Of a stretch of DNA of 13,620 bases, positions 7,893 to 13,620 are shown piece by piece. A model generated the notes under the pieces. That model had not been told where the DNA came from, ran no database searches, and saw nothing but the letters and a program-made list of their open reading frames with translations. Source of the DNA: Opitutales bacterium (GTDB taxonomy: Bacteria > Verrucomicrobiota > Verrucomicrobiia > Opitutales > JABSRG01); contig JBMYOQ010000099.1 in the NCBI GenBank assembly GCA_049599475.1, positions 1 through 13,620 on the forward strand. The letters are read 5' to 3'. A program made the translations under genes and the position numbers. Numbering within the stretch: the first letter of the stretch is position 1; the number at the start of each line of letters is the position of its first letter.

Positions 7893-9692
7893 TTAAGGTT
7901 TAACTCTGTTGAAGCGCTTCACTACGCGTTGCGCGCCAAAGTTAACGACCAATGAGATGAAAAACAGGATGATGCCGACCATGAAGAGGGCGCGGTAATG
8001 TAAACTACTGTGGACGACCTCGCCCATTTCCTGAGCAATGATTCCGGTCATTGTGTGAACGGGCTCGACGAAGATTCCGAGACCTTCGGTGAAGTCTGGT
8101 ATCTTGATGCGATTTCCGGCGCAAAGGAGCACGACCATCGTTTCTCCAATGACACGCCCAAACCCGAGCATGACGGCCGAAATGATCCCTGAAAACGCTG
8201 TCGGCACGACGATTTGCAAAGTCGTTTGTATCGAGGTGGCTCCCATTGCCAGAGAGGCCTCTTTGAAATGCTTCGGGACGTTGTTGATGGCTTCTTCGGC
8301 TAGCGTAAAAATTGTCGGGATCGCCATGAGCGCCAAAAGGCAACCTGCGGTGAAGGCATTGAGGCGCTCTTGGAGTGGGAAAAAGGGCACCCATCCCAAA
8401 ACGTCCAGCTGAGAAAGGATACGCAGGGCCTCGCCGAAAACCATAACGCCGAAAAATCCGAGCACTACGGACGGAATCGCAGAAATGAATTCAATGAATG
8501 GCTTGATTACATTGCGCTCCTTGGGGCCCGCGATCTGGTTGACATAAATGGCTGCGCCCACCCCGAACGGTACCGCGATTGCGATGGCGATTATAGAAAC
8601 CAAAATGGACCCTGTTAACAGGGGAAGCAGTCCATACCAGTCCTGTTGATCGCTCGCGGTTATCCATTCGCGTCCACTGAGGAATGAACGTAGCGCTTGC
8701 CAGACCGGAATTGGTTGTGCGGAGTCCCAGTTGGCCAGCTTTTCGCCGTGCTTTGCAAACCCGCTGAAGTAGAGCTCGTTGAGTTCCTGCAAGGTAGCAA
8801 CACGTTGTTCGATTGCTGTGTTGTTAAAATCGATACGCGCTGCGTGTTCAAAGGAGGTCCTCAGATTCGTTTCCAAGCGCCCAAGGATTTGCGCGTATTC
8901 GCCCTGATGGTCCGTGACTGCTTTGACGCGCTCGTCGAAGTCGACCGTTTGGATCCCGTCCTGGATCGAATCGAATTCTTCCTGCAGCAGTGTCAAAAAC
9001 CGTTCACGGTCCTCCTTGTTCATCGGGGCCCCGCTTTGAACTTCCAGGGCACGCGATCGAAAAACGTCGGCATTCGGATCGTTGTGGGCGGCACTGTTCG
9101 CATACTCATTTAGGCGCAAAGCATACTTTGCCCGATCGGAATCGCGCATGTCATAGCCTGGTTTGGAGACTGTTTCGATGCGTTTGGCGTAATTGTCCAA
9201 GGTCTCCTCCCAATTCTCATTGGTGGTCTTTTGGTCGCGAATTGCGATGGCCGCTTCCATCTTTTCTCGGACAAAACTGGCAAGCTCAGAACCCGCATTG
9301 GCATACCCCGAAAACAAACCCTCGGCCGCTTGCTGGGTGACTCGCTCCTGGATCTCCTCGCTCGTCAAATCTTGCGCCCTCAGTTTGTTTATCCAATCCG
9401 CCTTGATATCGATTACATAGCGGTTGAGTTCCGTATAGGCATCGTGCTGCTCCCTCAGAATCTCCACATACTCGATTCCCGAAAGGCGATGTTTCTGGAG
9501 GCTTTTGTAATACTGATTTACGAAGCCCAAGCCCTCCTTGAACAGAAAAAGTGTGATCAGTCCAAGGATGATAATCGATACCGTAGCACTGCTGCCAAAA
9601 AATCCCTTGATGACCGAATCCGAGTCCTTTCCGAAGACAAAGGCCCTGCGCTTGCCGAACGTCGGCTTGGGGGATTCGGGAGTCTGTTGCAT
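7893..9692 (-). CDS. pstC: Phosphate ABC transporter permease PstC (with about 270-aa soluble insertion)
   Basis: 599 aa. Motifs FLSGREW...YGLLPLLTGS, AIPSVVLGFFG, KEASLAMGAT and GRVIGETMVV. A long hydrophilic, helical-looking segment follows TM1. Confidence 0.94.
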   Translation of the reverse strand: MQQTPESPKPTFGKRRAFVFGKDSDSVIKGFFGSSATVSIIILGLITLFLFKEGLGFVNQYYKSLQKHRLSGIEYVEILREQHDAYTELNRYVIDIKADWINKLRAQDLTSEEIQERVTQQAAEGLFSGYANAGSELASFVREKMEAAIAIRDQKTTNENWEETLDNYAKRIETVSKPGYDMRDSDRAKYALRLNEYANSAAHNDPNADVFRSRALEVQSGAPMNKEDRERFLTLLQEEFDSIQDGIQTVDFDERVKAVTDHQGEYAQILGRLETNLRTSFEHAARIDFNNTAIEQRVATLQELNELYFSGFAKHGEKLANWDSAQPIPVWQALRSFLSGREWITASDQQDWYGLLPLLTGSILVSIIAIAIAVPFGVGAAIYVNQIAGPKERNVIKPFIEFISAIPSVVLGFFGVMVFGEALRILSQLDVLGWVPFFPLQERLNAFTAGCLLALMAIPTIFTLAEEAINNVPKHFKEASLAMGATSIQTTLQIVVPTAFSGIISAVMLGFGRVIGETMVVLLCAGNRIKIPDFTEGLGIFVEPVHTMTGIIAQEMGEVVHSSLHYRALFMVGIILFFISLVVNFGAQRVVKRFNRVKP

Positions 9693-9729
9693 GCTTTCTG
9701 TTTCGGAAAAAAGGACCTTGGGAGCTTGC

Positions 9730-10557
9730 CTAGTAGATCGAAATGAAGTCGACGCGGCGCACGATATCCTGCCCTTCGGGGCTCAAACTGAACCCGATGA
9801 AATCATTTGCCAAGGGGCTCAGCTTTGTCGCGGAATCGATGATGTAATAAAGCGGGCGGGCCAGCGGGTAGGCGGGGTCTACGGGGGAGACGCCATCTAC
9901 CGGGAGGACTTTCACGCCGGGTGTTCTCAAGTAGGCCAAGCCCACATATCCGATCCCATTGGGATTGTTGGCGACTTCCGTGGCGATTTGCTCACTGCTC
10001 GCCATCTTTTGCGAGTCCGATCCGTAATCACGCGATTGCATACTCAGCTTGCGGAAAAATGCGTAAGTGCCGGAAGAGGTGTTGCGTGTATATACAGAGA
10101 TGGCGCCCGTCTCGTTGCTGATACCCGCCCAATTGGTAACATCACCGGTGAAAATACGCTCTATTTCTTGAACACTGATGCTGTTGATCGGGTTGTTTTC
10201 ATTCACAATGATCGCGATGCCGTCCTTCGCCACCGTGATCTTTTTCATGACGATGCCCTTGGCCTTTGCCTTTGCAAATTCCGCTGCCTCAACATCCCGA
10301 GAGGACATGCCAATATCTGCGGTCCCATCAATTACAGACGCGACCCCGGTCGACGAGCCCTCGGCGGCAATCTCGAAGGAGACTTCGACACCCTGAGCAG
10401 CCATTTTTGATCTAAACTCTTCTGCAAGCTGGGGTGCCATTTTCGCGCCCAGAGTGTCGGAACCCTTGATCACAATGGTTTCCACGGCCTTCGCTTGCGA
10501 GGCAGCGAGTAGGCATGCTGCTGCGAGGATTCTGGGTGACATTTTGAGACGTTTCAT
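9730..10557 (-). CDS. pstS: Phosphate ABC transporter substrate-binding protein
   Basis: 275 aa. Signal peptide ending AKA, and motifs IKGSDT, EGSSTG, DIGMSSR, RNTSSGT, IGYVG and YPLARPLY. Confidence 0.94.
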   Translation of the reverse strand: MKRLKMSPRILAAACLLAASQAKAVETIVIKGSDTLGAKMAPQLAEEFRSKMAAQGVEVSFEIAAEGSSTGVASVIDGTADIGMSSRDVEAAEFAKAKAKGIVMKKITVAKDGIAIIVNENNPINSISVQEIERIFTGDVTNWAGISNETGAISVYTRNTSSGTYAFFRKLSMQSRDYGSDSQKMASSEQIATEVANNPNGIGYVGLAYLRTPGVKVLPVDGVSPVDPAYPLARPLYYIIDSATKLSPLANDFIGFSLSPEGQDIVRRVDFISIY

Positions 10558-10563
10558 TCGGTG

Positions 10564-10610
10564 AATTCGCTGCGAATTATAACTGCCAACCTCTGTTTAA
10601 AGAGTCTTTA
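10564..10610 (-). promoter_or_regulatory. Candidate pstS promoter with two palindromes
   Basis: Perfect TATAAT on the minus strand (10576-10581), 18 nt upstream of the pstS ATG, with no consensus -35. Palindromes AATTCGC-T-GCGAATT (10564-10578) and TAAAGA-G-TCTTTA (10598-10610). Confidence 0.45.
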
Positions 10611-10639
10611 TTCCGGGCAGTAGGCATGACCTGGAAGGG

Positions 10640-11779
10640 TTATTCACTCAAGGTCTCTTCGACCGCTTCGACAGGCTCTGCATCCTCAGATTGTGGAGGT
10701 GCCCCTGCGAGGATCGGCAGCAACATGGCCAAAATCACTGCTATCACAGAACCCGCAAATGCTTTTCCTGCATCGGTGAATATCAGATTGGAAACCTTCT
10801 TTTTACTGCGGTGGCGCAGTCGTATCGCGATACCGATTTCACGGCCAGCCAGCAGTCCTAGGAACACCCAGGTGGTGCTCATCGGCATCTTTTCCGGCCA
10901 AGGCACATCCATGCCCATGGCCATGAATAGCTTAGGTATGTAATCGACCTTGAAGAAGAGAAGAACGAGTCCGTAAAAGAGGTCGACGAAAGTAGCTGAA
11001 CGGATGTCCAAAGTGTTGGTCTTGCTTGTGACCACCTTCTGGATCTTACCTCCCTTTTCTCGAATAATATAGCCCTGCATCAAGACCATAGAAGCGAGCG
11101 CTAAGGCGATGCCCCAGAACGGCAGGATGCGCGGCACATAAACGAAAATGTTCGCCAAATCTTGGACCAGCCACATGGACCAGAGAAAACCCGTAGAGAG
11201 CCACTGGAAAAGGACCCAACCTTTGCCAATTGAAGGAGCGTTGCCTGTTTCAGATGCGTCGTTCTCTTTTTTGACGGTGCGTTCGAATGCGAAGAGTACG
11301 AGCGCGAAAATCACGATGCCGACGGCAAAAGCAATGGCATAACCCACGAGGGACTTTTGCATCATTCCCGAAAAGAGATCCAGAGCCCCTTTGGCTGATT
11401 TGCCTTGTTGATGCGCCACGAGGCCTTGAAACGCAGTCAAGACCAGAAGGGAAGTGCTCACCGGAATACCCATGCGTGTCAGGATCACGAGAGCCAAGGG
11501 CGGCAGGAGGAAAAGCCAAGTAATGGTCCCCCCGATATCGAACGGGTGAGGCACGTTCTTGCCGTCTGCAGAGAGCCGGCCGAATGCGGGATCGCCGCCG
11601 TTTACCATCCAGCCCCACGTAATGGTCAAAACCATTAAGCCCGAAATCCATATCCAGAGCACCCACCAAGGCCGCTTGGCATTCGAGGAGAGGAAGGTTC
11701 CAAGAGTCTGAATAGAGTCGTTCGCGACAATGGAATAGGCTGCCATAAGGAAGCCCGCGATCATCAAAAATTCGGCCAT
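10640..11779 (-). CDS. Multi-pass membrane protein, divergent PiT/PHO4-like (putative inorganic phosphate/anion permease)
   Basis: About 10 hydrophobic segments. Paired motifs VANDSIQ...GIPVSTS and VQDLAN...MPMSTT resemble the duplicated GxNDxAN...PVSTT signature of PHO4 domains. It lies directly upstream of pstS. The ATG at 11779 is preferred over the TTG at 11785. Confidence 0.65.
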   Translation of the reverse strand: MAEFLMIAGFLMAAYSIVANDSIQTLGTFLSSNAKRPWWVLWIWISGLMVLTITWGWMVNGGDPAFGRLSADGKNVPHPFDIGGTITWLFLLPPLALVILTRMGIPVSTSLLVLTAFQGLVAHQQGKSAKGALDLFSGMMQKSLVGYAIAFAVGIVIFALVLFAFERTVKKENDASETGNAPSIGKGWVLFQWLSTGFLWSMWLVQDLANIFVYVPRILPFWGIALALASMVLMQGYIIREKGGKIQKVVTSKTNTLDIRSATFVDLFYGLVLLFFKVDYIPKLFMAMGMDVPWPEKMPMSTTWVFLGLLAGREIGIAIRLRHRSKKKVSNLIFTDAGKAFAGSVIAVILAMLLPILAGAPPQSEDAEPVEAVEETLSE

Positions 11780-11944
11780 AATCAATCGTGAATGGAAAGA
11801 AAGGAGGCACTCATGTAAAGAGAATCACACTTGGCGACCTTTTTCGTAACACAACTGTAGCTTAATGGCTCGGCGATGGATCCCCTAACGTGGCTTTTAT
11901 GATCCAGCGTCGTAGGAATTTCGTCAGTATGCAGGATTCCACAA

Positions 11945-12790
11945 TCAATGCGGTAGGGTATAACCCGCGTGCTCCCAGGCCAGAATAGACCGCTTGCGAT
12001 CGAGCCCCCAGTGATAACCGCCGATCGCCCCGTTTTCCCTTAAAATGCGATGGCAGGGGATGATGAGTGATATTGGATTCGCACCTACGGCAGTCCCCAC
12101 GGCCCGCGCAGCCTTGGGTTTGCCTATTTTTTCTGCCAGCGCTCCGTAAGAGCTGAGTTGCCCCGGCGCGATGCTGAGCAAGGCACGCCAGACTTGTAGC
12201 TGGAAGTTCGTCCCCCGCACCCAAGCATTGAGGGGCCGCGTGGGATCGGGCTCAGAATGGAAAATTTGCTGCGCGAAGTCCTCGGTTTTTGAGGGCGCCT
12301 CGATCAGTTCTGCAGCTGGCCAGCGCGAAGCGAGATCGGCCAATGCCGCTGAGCGGGATGACTCATTGGGCTCAACAAAGAACAGGGCCGAAAGCCCGCG
12401 CTCGCTCACTGCCAGAAACACATCGCCGAACACCGTGGGATGAATGCCCCAGTGGAGCACGACGCCTTTGCCGCCACTTTTATACTCGCCGGGAGTGACC
12501 GCCTCGATGCTGACAAACAAATCGTGCAATCGACCCGGCCCGGAAAGCCCCGTGTCGAGCGCAGTATCCAGCACACTCTCCCCAGCCCGTAAACGTTCCT
12601 TCGCATCGGATAAAGAGAGCTGCTGAGTAAATTGCTTCGGACTCACGCCCGCATATTTCACAAACAAGCGCTGAAAGTGACTCGGGCTCAGCCCAAACCG
12701 CCCCGCCAGCGCCTCAAGGCTAGGCGGCGATTCATATTCTTTGGAAAGCCAATCAATGGCCTGAGCGATACGCGAAAGATCCGAGGACAT
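11945..12790 (-). CDS. AraC-type HTH / methylated-DNA-[protein]-cysteine S-methyltransferase fusion (Ada-like, no Zn domain)
   Basis: 281 aa. N-terminal HTH (PSLEALA..LSPSHFQRLF..GVSPKQF, SGPGRLHDLFV) and C-terminal GTNFQLQVW, ARAVGTAVGANP, active site IPCHR and GGYHWG. Confidence 0.93.
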   Translation of the reverse strand: MSSDLSRIAQAIDWLSKEYESPPSLEALAGRFGLSPSHFQRLFVKYAGVSPKQFTQQLSLSDAKERLRAGESVLDTALDTGLSGPGRLHDLFVSIEAVTPGEYKSGGKGVVLHWGIHPTVFGDVFLAVSERGLSALFFVEPNESSRSAALADLASRWPAAELIEAPSKTEDFAQQIFHSEPDPTRPLNAWVRGTNFQLQVWRALLSIAPGQLSSYGALAEKIGKPKAARAVGTAVGANPISLIIPCHRILRENGAIGGYHWGLDRKRSILAWEHAGYTLPH

Positions 12791-12922
12791 AGTGTTTCCC
12801 CAATCTTACCCTAGATCGACAAAGTGAACACCCGAATCTTGCTCCGGATGTTTGATTTTAGAGCAGGCGGTACAAGGAATGGCTTTTACGTAGTCAGTCG
12901 AATTCTGGGAGATCCGTTTTTC

Positions 12923-13620
12923 CTACTGCTCTTTTGGGGTGAGTGTCAGGGTGTGTTGGACGTCTCCGGGTCTGAGTGAAGATTCGGCGCCTGCTAGCCA
13001 GGCTTCGTGGCCGGCTCGGTAAAATGGGGAAAGGGGGTGTCCGGATTGTCCTGCTGGCATGCTGAAGCGTCCGGTGCCCTCCTCGCCGACGCGGACTACG
13101 AATCGTTGGGATGGGCCGTGGTCGGGAGCTGTGGCATTGGGGACAATTTGGTCTCCATCGAGTTCGCGTTCTGGCATGTTGATCCAGTCGCCGAAGGCAG
13201 GGATGCCTGCCGACATTGGATGTTTGATGGCCAGTTTGTTTACGAGGCCCCATCGATATTTCTCGAGCCCGCCAGGTTGAGAGTCGGCGTCTTGAATGAT
13301 CTCGCTGAGGACATGGCGCATCTCGGCTTCCCAGGTCTTGAAATAGGGGTCGCGCAGATGCTCGGGGCGATTCTCGAGGATGTGCAAGAAGGGCTCTTCG
13401 AAGGGGATTCCGAGACGCCCGTAGCCGCGGTTGTAGTATAGAGATTTGTCCTTTGATAGAACGGGCCCGAGGAGTCGCCCGTAGAGGCGGTCCATCATTT
13501 TGCCACGGAAATTGCGAATGATACGGTAGCCCACCGATGCGGCCTCAGCCTTTCCGCTCCATGCGTTTAGAGCATTTCTCAAAAGTATTTTCGTAAATAA
13601 CGATTTTAAGCTTGTACTTT
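12923..13620 (-). CDS. Penicillin acylase (Ntn-hydrolase) family protein, C-terminal part; 5' end outside the window
   Basis: Motifs AWSGKA..SVGY, RWG..N..IKHP, GPSQRFVV and MPAGQSGHPLSPFY..HEAW are typical of the beta-subunit C-terminus. The frame stays open from the TTG at 13582 to the window edge. Confidence 0.85.
   Translation of the reverse strand, partial: STSLKSLFTKILLRNALNAWSGKAEAASVGYRIIRNFRGKMMDRLYGRLLGPVLSKDKSLYYNRGYGRLGIPFEEPFLHILENRPEHLRDPYFKTWEAEMRHVLSEIIQDADSQPGGLEKYRWGLVNKLAIKHPMSAGIPAFGDWINMPERELDGDQIVPNATAPDHGPSQRFVVRVGEEGTGRFSMPAGQSGHPLSPFYRAGHEAWLAGAESSLRPGDVQHTLTLTPKEQ

Noticed and set aside
9538..10410. 290-aa plus-strand ORF
   Set aside because: Antisense shadow of pstS/pstC with no recognisable motifs.
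11801..11818. Perfect AAGGAGG followed by ATG-TAA on the plus strand
   Set aside because: A start-stop only, antisense to the local genes, with no evidence of a plus-strand transcript. Probably chance.

Overview
A bacterial chromosomal segment of mostly about 50-60% GC. The gene styles and weak Shine-Dalgarno usage suggest Verrucomicrobiota/PVC, but this is inference only. Left to right: a PhnP-like metallo-beta-lactamase and ruvX/yqgF (-); a methyl-accepting chemotaxis gene broken by one in-frame TAA (-); tgt (+), whose product lacks the three Zn-binding cysteines; a lower-GC GxxExxY (PD-(D/E)XK) nuclease gene enclosed by a 42-bp inverted repeat with 40/42 identity, lying between the convergent tgt and phoU; a pstS-pstC-pstA-pstB-phoU operon (-) with unusually large insertions in PstC and PstA; a divergent PiT/PHO4-like membrane protein upstream of pstS; an AraC-HTH/O6-methylguanine methyltransferase fusion lacking the Ada Zn domain; and the 3' part of a penicillin-acylase-family gene running off the right edge. 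The best candidate for a poorly described system is the 530-bp IR-GxxExxY-IR unit (4615-5144), which looks like a small nuclease-associated, REP/REPtron-like mobile cassette.
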